Virus record (IMG/VR): IMGVR_UViG_3300032224_000682
Span: 1 to 44,769 of that record
Strand: one strand, 5' to 3'
Origin: a virus
Lineage: Duplodnaviria; Caudoviricetes
DNA: 44,769 nucleotides
The notes under the pieces were generated by a model. It ran no database searches and was not told where the DNA came from. It worked only from the letters and a program-made list of their open reading frames with translations. The translations under genes and the position numbers were made by a program. Positions 10,701 through 17,291 of the stretch are shown here, piece by piece (the first letter of the stretch is position 1; the number at the start of each line of letters is the position of its first letter).

Positions 10701-11423
10701 TTGAATCTCACAAAGAAAACTCCAGAAGACCTTAATTTCGCTGTAGAAGCACTGGGTTCAGCGTTCTTTGCTCTGGCTCAAAGAGGTCCATACGCCGCAT
10801 TCACAAGACCATTGTTTGACGCTTCTAAGGAAGGCAAGATTACCGAAGAGCTTGTTGGTCAAGCTGGGTTCTTTGGTAAAACATTTGTTCCAATATTGGG
10901 GGCATCAGTTGCAAGAAATATATCTGACTTCATCAATGATCCGGTTGATAGGTCTTCATTGGAAGGAGCAATCTATGCCAACACCCCTGTTATTGGCCCA
11001 TGGATGGGTACTAAGGCGCTTAATGCTCTTGGACAACCAATCAGGGCGGATGACTGGGGTGACAAGCTATACAAGCTTGGAGTTCCAGTTGCGTTCTCAT
11101 TTCCTAAAAATACTCCAGAGAATGAACTAAATGAATTGATTCTTAAAAAAGGAGGGGGTCCGTCTATTCCTACAAGATCAAATGCACAGAAGCGACTTGG
11201 TGATGTTATGACAGATAAAGAGTTTGAAACATATGTTCGTGAATATGGACGTGTTGTATCAGACAAGATGTTTAAAAATCGAAAGAAGCTTGAAAATATG
11301 TCAGTTAAAAACTATGATGATGAACTTCAAAAATATGTTACTGGATATTCAATTGACGGAATCAAAGTCACCGGAGCTTCTGATATGGCAGTTCGCGCTG
11401 TAAAGCGATCAAGAAACCAATGA
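1776..11423 (+). CDS. Giant polyvalent virion (ejection) protein with GNAT-like, SAM-methyltransferase-like, HExxH metallopeptidase and ADP-ribosyltransferase-like domains
   Basis: 3215 aa; duplicated GLFDDLLEED at N-terminus; Gly/Ala hydrophobic segments; ELDPSEQGKGIG (GNAT, ~4750); ADIGGGRFD..YDPYNR..NNVLNVI (MTase, ~6260-6430); SHELGH (~6935); VYHGS..GAFFT..GFDGII..YIVFSSEQIKS (ART-like, ~7420-7800). Confidence 0.8.
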   Translation: MGLFDDLLEEDNIQTTPKRNGLFDDLLEEDDLTSNQHPVVDDYFTPRQIATDKSEKDKSFFGVLDTASAIGEAASDLITGVPAAMRRAKVGLIRPDQYSPEDVIAFEAERKRNEQLEIERQKRISAGEETSVGSAIREAGRSLGFTAANILPAMAGGAAAGAIAGAAFPAAEVATIPIGVIASGIGAAAGSAPVAYRMAGAQFLDDAFNQLESNSLKKNNRPLTEEEKDAAYKELLPIAQNTGIWEAGPEAVGNAVTLGVGKFVFGFGKEVATGIASNAIKSATKTIGKKVIEKGAAIAGDLAVELGGETITQTQQGYDDAKAQQYIKTGSTAGAVDEYKGLAGLGKAFKEIAPATIATMGLMGAVAGGAKLASKPFSNKTETGEEEKNNNAENTAIGGAIITDNLNRNNSPETARAIQDLAANELSDQLESDFASQQAAAAAQQQQKNATKEIIKPEGVREEPQNGTETQPTNETIARHRVFNPEGSKEKEQIESGVKLKDAWYNREINNLSSLSGLSNQSVHSAMLPGIQNSEVLKSIVTFIPVDVMNDLRVRNIPADELLNNPDMLRDTLSSDSNNDIFRGVVGALGSGVAGLRTELLGRLGRNDLEGAAALIAGFKNPSSLASFLAQDDIPKFTSSVPAEFTNALSRAASSGLLPVGSDAENISTNFARLFDLTEHSAKLKTKFKEKSISNRIQKTKSEEERQIARDIVSELQAVSNNTATNEQIARLSMDGLVDVRRGQAIINEDGEGILAQAQAPLPKLTPEARAAEVEAVTAPELMQNGVIRTPLKGITGSQQEIEDKTLFKNQILSLPDGSVIVTDPDVTGLARQVRVSKIGNEVWLEDAKTEQLIWKPGLNEGAILDMKGGVIKAPAITNTVSEQPIIGEKPQVSPIVGDQVTDTTPVEQVAETQIAEEPIISEKQQTSEIVGTETAAPEVSAIKPQVQVTNIDSLIDQGGGTVAVQEDGRDVKFKQFGIGIDGNTAEIAFVELDPSEQGKGIGIEAYRSLGSELAARGIILRSSGAQYGPGHNLWLKLAKEGLAKRVGQRYQFVAPAEPTVNQQLTVPPTQAAPIEKLKSTSPESQLYIDWINEQIELGAKIYQGTPNERALTLDDVVKVSQLKTGAIPNTTENSLKYGGLGIGNQISKLIQSDSRLQGRNNFEIKNQIETGLYSGRGIEISAIEPVATIAPEPVTAPVAEPSQTGITRPAIAAEEQVVTELEAAPAEVPAPEVAPKAIKDYATGDVNTPFYFENDSWNVDESRLKSGDEVIETSDGPAVYSRANDGKVTAIGVNANGRQVYIGESSNSFMPSDYSNVPVSEMFSALKGSRTYESDRAGDLFPVIDQKTAEKLISKYPPTNPAPAVSETITEPAAQPTPATQPEGIAVGNRIKLGKSPQTYTIEEVIPQTTTERDLGEQYYSVKNERTGEVQVVEAMDLKKVGGKRARKMTASTPQQTLWSIPQQEISSAATSINQSKMPATFKNVKWESGTRNADIGGGRFDNATEYLAGLGTENVIYDPYNRSQESNQIAVSKISGGQSDTATINNVLNVIAEPESRDLVIRQAADAIKPDGKAYFLIYEGSSKGVGSQTKFGWQENRKAETYIAEIKNHFGNVTRKGNLIIAENPVKTKEPLRQAAEFKNEEIVTPIPEANRYTYEEAVRLVDSYFDKEGIPEGIVIVNNTTDPDLEMKAGYFVDRGQIVINLAYIAKGESLSDIISHELGHFIFSDPQFQADFKAFWDLMTPEEQADADRIINQFYNKETGAIQMEEKQVRAFMQLIQDSKAMPKWRQILDSIKRWINKYLKTNFQVTDRNALAVLAAAHKRFKSGERIIREIDSGVLKTADTAQDAEYLAAVERGDMETAQRMVDEAARKAGYNSPMVYHGSSDKPFNIFKTKRGKKGTREGGAFFTPTETLANYFAEISQQVKYGGITDKPGIIYKAYLKMDNPVVIDQKFENVGSIEDKNINRIKAAKKYGFDGIIWKNTIEPFHPDGVDQYIVFSSEQIKSSDPVTRDDQGNVIPLSQRFRTTSQDIRRMAAEPRREQVAGMERGDIITTPEGIIKQTNEVLRNKFFDGSEVSDEATLNAWNYIEQMLDIKSGAANALAGQINDVADQETNSDTRMGASLFSVSLANYAAKLAAQGDTTMISYLIRRINRMPIDNLAGGISKAAEAMRAKREYNIDGFNTLKTEGKSKVERTAAALFGTDKPGEDQVKAVDDAIKASEDTPIGEPEEVSAEIEKVENRTGRKVIKAIDDKIKENIEGRKNLALEKQKSRPRTPYGVEGQAQSIINQFSTLLSDVPTFTEKQENRIRTIVQQDLRQRPDMKRKQPWTSQLTAKLIDAGVDEAQAQIISDLVWRQHEIKTMDRELKEFQTAAEKGSLTVIIQRIKDTPIEQQQKPGWMQGVIREYLIGSGLSSKAADTAARLYESVISERLAEAKQKAFNETLSKSAPWNNYLSRNSRLGKDALKKIQDAIRTGVLDPTQNVESIIAKENGWSGFSKEQLQRIVQLDNVISNPDTDEVTKAESMHELNSIIVKAKMPVRFKDAIGAYYVGQALMGIPTLTVNIASPIGFSVRNLISDIGRYSFTEPSRIPMAFETFLDSMKSWYNQTSYAFKNQIYLNDVVEYLNGQNVLRELFDKGKAQWAKGEYASGMVNMLVGMTQITGRVLASLDQGAISMLENQNISRYAMEAMKQKNIPQARRKEIANMILDTRRRTYAESIAAGMEKDRSGVLADMAVRTEIAEALAPEGINFKNVLDSAINDSLQAVGRNKTIDTKGIVEESKRLSDAGMLSYLPIEFLQKIASGAANSGPLMQVFSKMLYGFALVPARVFHTTAWYSPYGFIRLGIDKYKKNKGEESPYAMSLQTDLQYKQRLTDAIAGSIVMLGLAALASGSADDDDDKKFKIVITGNGPSYTADRQYFDSWNKKWKPYSIHIVMGDTIIPINIGRGGEALFFPIMLAGALDDWGIKKKLNLTKKTPEDLNFAVEALGSAFFALAQRGPYAAFTRPLFDASKEGKITEELVGQAGFFGKTFVPILGASVARNISDFINDPVDRSSLEGAIYANTPVIGPWMGTKALNALGQPIRADDWGDKLYKLGVPVAFSFPKNTPENELNELILKKGGGPSIPTRSNAQKRLGDVMTDKEFETYVREYGRVVSDKMFKNRKKLENMSVKNYDDELQKYVTGYSIDGIKVTGASDMAVRAVKRSRNQ
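3121..3258 (+). CDS. Small basic phage protein (MPLKK-type) nested in an alternative frame of the giant gene
   Basis: MPLKKSSSQKAFVKNLKTELKHNRPMKQSLAIAYSIQKEAKKKNK resembles a recurrent small phage protein pattern (MPLKK..S..N..E..P.KQA.AIA.S, recalled not searched); A-rich sequence before the ATG. Confidence 0.7.
   Translation: MPLKKSSSQKAFVKNLKTELKHNRPMKQSLAIAYSIQKEAKKKNK
3261..3815 (-). CDS. Zn-finger HNH endonuclease (homing-endonuclease-like) nested antisense in the giant gene
   Basis: Two CxxC...CSxxC modules (CEVC..CSREC, CNQC..CSQSC), then EHIWVVE..VIHHINGNKCDNRLENL..EHSRMH. Confidence 0.9.
   Translation of the reverse strand: MLSQIKKSCEVCGNIFSVRPYREKTARCCSRECVGKLCWNRGSKFRNVVLSKKRRKTGGILKSCNQCGCTFKVIPSKSSKKFCSQSCYSRSKRTNDPSKYVIITIRGKSIPEHIWVVEEFIGRDVSYPEVIHHINGNKCDNRLENLAILDAREHSRMHALIREARKRGEIVDLPIIPSVFELNS
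3824..3852 (-). promoter_or_regulatory. Sigma70-like promoter for the antisense HNH gene
   Basis: Minus strand TTGACT-17 nt-TTTAAT-8 nt-ATG(3815), lying in coding sequence of the giant gene. Confidence 0.65.
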
Positions 11424-12046
11424 TTGAATACGAGTATATTGACAAGTCAACGTCACCTCCTGGTGGGTGGAAAATAAAAGTTATTCAAACTGGGGTTGAA
11501 TTCAAGCACTACGACTATCGTTCAATTTGCAACTTTTATAAGAATCATTGTGCTGCAAATGGAATATTTCTTACGCCAACTTGGGAGGAAGAATTTATTT
11601 CGGAAATGTGTAAACAAAACACGCATTGGGGAAGATTGTGTGTAAGTGTAGATATGAATAAAATAACAAGACGGAGGCTTTCACTAACGTCTGTGCTTTC
11701 ATTTTTAAACATGATGAAAACATGGGCGCAATCAACTCTATCCGGTAAGGCTGCATTTGTTAGCCAAGAAGAAGCCGAGAAACGGGCTACAATTTGCGCT
11801 AACTGCCCAATGAATACTACGCTCCAGTTTTCATGTGGAGCGTGTATGGGGGCTGTTATAACGCTATTAAGCTCTATCCTTGGAAACAGAAAGACAGAGC
11901 AAGACAACGAGCTTGGAGCTTGCCTTGTGTGTAGTTGCTCGTTGAAGGCTGCTGTCCATGTTCCGCTTGATGTTCAAAGAGAAGGATTGAGTGAAGAAAT
12001 TAAACAAGACTTTGAGAAAATAAAACATTGCTGGAAACATATATGA
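11420..12046 (+). CDS. Cys-rich (probable Zn-binding) hypothetical protein with N-terminal PPGGW motif
   Basis: CANC, CGAC, CLVCSC; ATGA overlap with the giant gene. Confidence 0.6.
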   Translation: MIEYEYIDKSTSPPGGWKIKVIQTGVEFKHYDYRSICNFYKNHCAANGIFLTPTWEEEFISEMCKQNTHWGRLCVSVDMNKITRRRLSLTSVLSFLNMMKTWAQSTLSGKAAFVSQEEAEKRATICANCPMNTTLQFSCGACMGAVITLLSSILGNRKTEQDNELGACLVCSCSLKAAVHVPLDVQREGLSEEIKQDFEKIKHCWKHI

Positions 12047-12993
12047 ACTTCTTACACGAAAGAGACTTTGGTGATATTATTTTAAGCTTGGCAGTAGTTA
12101 AATCTGCTTCCGATAGCGCAAATTACTACATTCAAAACAATCCCAAAGCCGTAAAATTATTGACCCCGCTTATTGAGTTTCAATCATATATTAATAAGTG
12201 TGATACATTTAAATCCCAAGATATTGACAAGTCATTTGTTGACTTTAGAAAAAACGGATTTCCATGGGGGGTTCAACTTGGTGTGCATCATGCAATGTGG
12301 GTTAAACAAAAAACGGACTTCTCAAAACAATGGCTATCTGCTCCTAAAGAATCAAAATACAATGGAAGTGTTATTGTTAACAAGACAGAGCGATACGCGA
12401 ATCCACTATTCCCATGGAGTCAACTTGTTAAAATACTTGGAGACAAGATGCTATTCGTTGGGCATGATAATGAATATGATGTTTTCTGTAAGAAGTATGG
12501 AAAAGTAGAGCGATTGATAATCAATGATTACCTTGAACTTGCAACTGCTATCAATAGTTCTGATTGTTTTATCGGGAATCAAAGTTCAGCAAATTGCGTA
12601 GCTGAAGGACTAAAACATAAAACAATTCAAGAGGTTTGTTTGTGGCAACCCGATTGTATCTATAAACGAGACAACGCTGCGTTTTGCTATGATGGAACGA
12701 TAGACGAAACAATATTAGGAATTGATATTGAGATAACAAGGGAGATACAGAAGTTAGATAAACAAGAATGTCCTCCTGGTGGGTGGAAACTAACAACAAA
12801 TGTAAAAACGCTTAAAAGTTATTCAATTGATTTTTTGATTAACGAGGCAAGAAACAATGGCGTTGTTGGAAAAAACAAAGAGATCGAAGAAAAGATTATC
12901 TCTGAAACATCCAACGATAAAAAGCATAATCCAATTGTCGAAAGATTCATGCATGATATAAGGCGTGTTGAGGAATTACTACAGAAAGCATGA
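12043..12993 (+). CDS. GT9 (heptosyltransferase)-like glycosyltransferase with C-terminal PPGGW segment
   Basis: N-terminal FGDIILS and LELATAINSSDCFIGNQSSANCVAEGL match the GT9 GT-B pattern; start set at the ATGA overlap. Confidence 0.7.
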   Translation: MNFLHERDFGDIILSLAVVKSASDSANYYIQNNPKAVKLLTPLIEFQSYINKCDTFKSQDIDKSFVDFRKNGFPWGVQLGVHHAMWVKQKTDFSKQWLSAPKESKYNGSVIVNKTERYANPLFPWSQLVKILGDKMLFVGHDNEYDVFCKKYGKVERLIINDYLELATAINSSDCFIGNQSSANCVAEGLKHKTIQEVCLWQPDCIYKRDNAAFCYDGTIDETILGIDIEITREIQKLDKQECPPGGWKLTTNVKTLKSYSIDFLINEARNNGVVGKNKEIEEKIISETSNDKKHNPIVERFMHDIRRVEELLQKA

Positions 12994-13568
12994 ACGAGAC
13001 AAGTAAAGCAATGCGTCGAAGGATGACTGAAGATGAGCTTGGAATCTTCAACTGGAGTCAGATTATTACTGGTGACGGAATAGATGTTGGATGTGGTCCT
13101 GATAAGGTATGGGATGATAACTGCATAGCGTTTGACCAAGAGCAGGGTGACGCTAACAAGATATCGGAATACTTCACACACAAGTTTGATTACCTACATG
13201 CATCACAATGTTTGGAGCATATGCATGACCCATATGCTGCAATGGTAGAGTGGCTAAAAATTGTTAAGACAGGTGGACACGCGATTATATCAATACCAGA
13301 TTGGACGCTATATGAGGGAAGAGTATGGCCTTCTCGCTATAATCCAGATCATAAAAGTACATGGAGTTTTACATTTGAGCAGAGTCCATCAAAGCATCAT
13401 GTGAATATCTATCAATTCTTGGGAATGCTATCTCCATACTGCTACGCTAAGAGGGTAATGCTGATAGACAATAACTACAACTATAGTGCATCTCCGAATA
13501 CAGATCAGACGTTTGAGGAATCAAATGGAGTTGAGGCATTTATTGAAATGGTTCTATGCAAGCTGTAA
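12990..13568 (+). CDS. Class I SAM-dependent methyltransferase
   Basis: GIDVGCG, FDYLHASQCLEH, WLKIVKTGG, ISIPD motifs. Confidence 0.85.
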   Translation: MNETSKAMRRRMTEDELGIFNWSQIITGDGIDVGCGPDKVWDDNCIAFDQEQGDANKISEYFTHKFDYLHASQCLEHMHDPYAAMVEWLKIVKTGGHAIISIPDWTLYEGRVWPSRYNPDHKSTWSFTFEQSPSKHHVNIYQFLGMLSPYCYAKRVMLIDNNYNYSASPNTDQTFEESNGVEAFIEMVLCKL

Positions 13569-14119
13569 TAGTTAAAGCAAAGTCACAAATATCAGAAGTT
13601 GATAAACTTGTTCAATATTGCAAGCAGTTAGACGGAACTGTAGTCAAAATTATCCAGAATGACGAGAATGTTGCCAGCTATCCAGAACGCAACAATCATG
13701 CGTTACAGCAGGCGTTTAACGCAATGGGTGACGAGCCTTTCATCTGGCTTGAACCCGATAGCATTCCGTTGAAGGAAGGATGGGTTTCTGAACTTGAGTC
13801 TGAGTACAAGAGACTTGGTAAACATATTATGCTGTCAAGCGATACCCATCCACCGCACGATATTGTCGGAGGGATTGGCGTATATGGAGGTCTTGCAAGA
13901 AAGCTGATACCAGCAGGGATTAAAGCAGATGGATGGGATGGATGGACAATCAAGAACATCAAGCCACTGGTTTCTTTTACTCCGCTAATTCAGCACACAT
14001 ATGGCGACTACTCAAAAGGTGGATGTAATCAGCATATCTTCCCAAGAGACAATCACATTATCCGTAAAGATGCTGTGATCTTCCACCGAGACAAACAGCA
14101 GGGATTGATTAATAGATAG
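13556..14119 (+). CDS. Putative GT-A-like glycosyltransferase, paralog of 16341-17291
   Basis: FIWLEPD (ExD in DxD position), GIGVY, LIQH, DAVIFH. Confidence 0.5.
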   Translation: MQAVIVKAKSQISEVDKLVQYCKQLDGTVVKIIQNDENVASYPERNNHALQQAFNAMGDEPFIWLEPDSIPLKEGWVSELESEYKRLGKHIMLSSDTHPPHDIVGGIGVYGGLARKLIPAGIKADGWDGWTIKNIKPLVSFTPLIQHTYGDYSKGGCNQHIFPRDNHIIRKDAVIFHRDKQQGLINR

Positions 14120-15902
14120 AACGGAACTTGCTGAACGCTTGCTTCCATCCACTGCTTAACACCTTATTGTTCGTATTTAATGCCTTTGTTGCCTTTCCGC
14201 TATCAAGGTTCAATCTTTCCCTTGCAAGAGCTAATAGACCCATCCCAGCGTCAGCAATGTCAGGTGATATACCAAACCTTGATTTCATTTCAGACTTAGG
14301 TAGAACTTTAATGCGGAGAGCTAAGTTCTTCTCGCCATTGGGATCGAGCTTTCTCATGCACATCTCGCGCAGCAGATCATCACCAATTCCTTTGATCTGA
14401 CCAGTCCGCATATATTCCTTAGCTGAGTACCAAATCTCAGATACAGAGTTGACATATCTTTCGTGTGACGGGGTTGGATCGTAAGCTGACACCGGATTTT
14501 CAGATGCTCGCCCACCAAACTGAAGACCGTATACGTCTTTTGACCATGCTACCGAGATAAAATCTCCTAGCGGACCACCAGCGCCGGACTTATCGTATCC
14601 TGCATTCTTTGGTTGAACGCCTCTTGCCAAGCACTCATTACGGAACCATTGCACAACTTGCTGTGATCTTGTCATGGACTTGTCAGTAACATCCTCGCTG
14701 AATACAAGAAACTCATCATATTGCAATCCACGATACCCATGTGGCTCTGCTAGTTTACCAACAGTTCCAAAGTAAAGAACAGTTCTATCTCCACCATTGG
14801 TAAATGATGGATCAAGGAATGCAACCTTCGCCTTATCATTATCAAGCCATACCGCTTTGTCAGTAGCCTTAGAGTTAAGTATTTCAACCTCAGAGTAAAT
14901 TTGATCTGTAATACCAGCGGGACACCAGAATCCACGATACATTCGCCAGAACGAGGAAGTATTCTTGGCATCCTCTGGAATCTTATCAAAGTCTTGCGGT
15001 CCTTCCATCCATGAGTAAATCTTTTTTCTGGCAACCATATTGGGATTCTTTAGCCCATCAAAGTGTAAGCACACTCCACGATCCGTCTTCCACTCTTCAT
15101 CATCTACATCAATCGAATCCCATCCTTCTTTAGGTTTAGCAAACTTACCAAACGCATCCACATACGAGGCAGGGTTAGAAATTCCAATAAACTGGAAGCG
15201 TTCGCAACCCTTAGACAAGTTAAAGAATGCAACCTCCGTAATAGCCTCTGATAGCTCAGAAAGCTCATCAGCTACAAAGATAACATTCTTGTTGTGGATA
15301 CCCTGCATCTTACCAGTAGCGTCACGCTCTTTCTTTTTTTCACCAGGAATAAGTACAATACCGGAAAGGTCTGATCGCTTTCCACCAATGCCAACAAAGC
15401 TGATTTTATTCTCTGAATCTACAAGATGCCCTGGAAGTCCAAGCTGTTCGCAAACTCCCCAGTATCGAGTTATCTTACCCCAAATACGCTGCTTAGATGC
15501 TTTGATCGTAGTGGATGTTGCGAGGACTGTGGTGTTCTCTGGATCAGCAAGGTAGTTAATGATTGCCCATATTGCGTACGCTTCTGATTTACCGCAACCA
15601 CCGGAACCTGCAATTGCAAGGTATTCGTGATCGCAAGCTGCGCGTATCATTCGTTCTGCCCATGGATGCCATATAAAGTTAACGGTAGCCTTGCTATCGC
15701 GTTCAGGCCAAAATGCCTTGGCTATCCTTTGGAAGTGATGAAACGTATCTACAGCACCAGTATCAGTTGGTATTCTTTTTGTTATCTTTTCACGGAACAT
15801 TGCTAACTCAATAGCTATTTGGTGTGTTCCCTTACGCCAGTTAAACCCATATTGGTGCAAGTAGCCTTCCATTGGGTCGCCAAAAATAGGAGCAAAATTC
15901 AT
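14109..15902 (-). CDS. terL: Terminase large subunit
   Basis: Walker A GSGGCGKS, Walker B VIFVADE, ISNP coupling motif, RNase H-like AFLDPS...GGD and SPDIADA. Confidence 0.9.
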   Translation of the reverse strand: MNFAPIFGDPMEGYLHQYGFNWRKGTHQIAIELAMFREKITKRIPTDTGAVDTFHHFQRIAKAFWPERDSKATVNFIWHPWAERMIRAACDHEYLAIAGSGGCGKSEAYAIWAIINYLADPENTTVLATSTTIKASKQRIWGKITRYWGVCEQLGLPGHLVDSENKISFVGIGGKRSDLSGIVLIPGEKKKERDATGKMQGIHNKNVIFVADELSELSEAITEVAFFNLSKGCERFQFIGISNPASYVDAFGKFAKPKEGWDSIDVDDEEWKTDRGVCLHFDGLKNPNMVARKKIYSWMEGPQDFDKIPEDAKNTSSFWRMYRGFWCPAGITDQIYSEVEILNSKATDKAVWLDNDKAKVAFLDPSFTNGGDRTVLYFGTVGKLAEPHGYRGLQYDEFLVFSEDVTDKSMTRSQQVVQWFRNECLARGVQPKNAGYDKSGAGGPLGDFISVAWSKDVYGLQFGGRASENPVSAYDPTPSHERYVNSVSEIWYSAKEYMRTGQIKGIGDDLLREMCMRKLDPNGEKNLALRIKVLPKSEMKSRFGISPDIADAGMGLLALARERLNLDSGKATKALNTNNKVLSSGWKQAFSKFRSIY

Positions 15903-15982
15903 TGAAAAAATATTACAATAAATAAAAATTATCGCAATTAGTTATTGCAATAAAATACAAGTCTGTTAATTTTATATTCGCA
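15903..15982. promoter_or_regulatory. Divergent promoters for terL and the portal operon
   Basis: Minus: TTGCGA-16-TAATAT-7-ATG(15902); plus: TTGCAA(15945)-16-TAATTT with TGn extension, 10 nt before ATG 15983. Confidence 0.5.
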
Positions 15983-16339
15983 ATGACACTCCTACAAGAA
16001 CTGGGAATCCAGAAAACTAAGTCAGAGATTTTTATTGACGACAAGCGTCCAGACGTTGATTTTGAAATCATAGTAAAACCAGAAGATTATGTTAACGGAA
16101 TTAAACACGACCCTGCAAAATCTCCTCTTGCTCTCGCGGTATCACGCGCAATCAACGGGAGCGGATTCATGCTTGATAGGGCAGGCTTTAAGGTTATCAT
16201 TATTTCTCGCGGCATTTACGAGTATGCTTTCTTTATGCCTAGGAGGGTGTGGAGGAAGGTGAACTGCCAAGAGTTCGTTGATGAACGATACCCGTTGTCT
16301 CCGATAAAGTTCACGGCAACATTCACAATGTTATTTTAA
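15983..16339 (+). CDS. Hypothetical protein
   Basis: 118-aa ORF heading the portal operon. Confidence 0.6.
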   Translation: MTLLQELGIQKTKSEIFIDDKRPDVDFEIIVKPEDYVNGIKHDPAKSPLALAVSRAINGSGFMLDRAGFKVIIISRGIYEYAFFMPRRVWRKVNCQEFVDERYPLSPIKFTATFTMLF

Positions 16340-16340
16340 T

Positions 16341-17291
16341 ATGAAGCTAGTAATACCAGTATCACGGCATGATCGTCATTTGATTCCTGCTTTTCTAAAA
16401 TCAATTGAAAAGTTGAACCCTGGATCAGAACATGAGCTTCTTGTATTTGGATCACGCGAAGTTGAATCTGATGTATTAGAGATTGAAGCAAAGATTAAAC
16501 ATCTATTTAGCCTATCTGAAACATTGATTATAGATGACACGATGCTTGGCTGGCCTATGTCATGTAACTTTTATTTCCAGCAATTGTGTAGATATATTTC
16601 TGGTAAAAAAAACATTGATGCATTTATGTGGTTTGAACTTGATACCACAATTATAAAAAGCGGATGGCTGGATAAGATTTCTGATGAATACTATTCAGAC
16701 ACAACGAAAGCAGCTAAAGAAAAACGTGACCCTGCTATTTACCTTGGATCGAGAGAAAGGGTTTATGAGGGAAATAATGGGGAACTTTTGCCTGAGTCGT
16801 TAGCTGGTCAACGCATGGCTCAAGTTGGAGTGTATTCCAGAGAGATATGCTTTTCGCCTGTATTGAATTCCTTGTCTCTTACTAATAGGCATTGGACTCA
16901 TGTAATCCAATGGTATATTGTTAAGAGACTAAAAAACTCTTCATTGATTCAAAATAACTGGCGTACAAAAAACTATCGCCATGAAGATAAAAACATTGTA
17001 TGTGATTCTGATGCCAATTTAGCTTGGGATGTTCACTGGAATAAACCAGTTGATAAAGATGCCGTTCTTGTGCATGGTTGCAAGGATGGTTCTCTTTTCA
17101 AGTTATTGTTGGACAATAACAATGATGATATGAAAATGATAAAAAACTTATCAGTTGAGGATGCTGAAGACATCTTGGATGATATCGAAGATGTTACGGA
17201 TTATGATGTAGAAAAACATTCAAAGCTGCATAGACAACGCATATCCAACATTAAATCATCTAAGAAAAAGCAAAAGGAAACTGAAGAATGA
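16341..17291 (+). CDS. Putative GT-A-like glycosyltransferase
   Basis: MKLVIPV, FMWFELD, QVGVY, LIQN, DAVLVHGCKD; collinear with 13556-14119; ATGA overlap with portal. Confidence 0.55.
   Translation: MKLVIPVSRHDRHLIPAFLKSIEKLNPGSEHELLVFGSREVESDVLEIEAKIKHLFSLSETLIIDDTMLGWPMSCNFYFQQLCRYISGKKNIDAFMWFELDTTIIKSGWLDKISDEYYSDTTKAAKEKRDPAIYLGSRERVYEGNNGELLPESLAGQRMAQVGVYSREICFSPVLNSLSLTNRHWTHVIQWYIVKRLKNSSLIQNNWRTKNYRHEDKNIVCDSDANLAWDVHWNKPVDKDAVLVHGCKDGSLFKLLLDNNNDDMKMIKNLSVEDAEDILDDIEDVTDYDVEKHSKLHRQRISNIKSSKKKQKETEE

Noticed and set aside
15040-15555. 171-aa ORF antisense to terL
   Set aside because: Ser/Pro-rich shadow composition, no motifs
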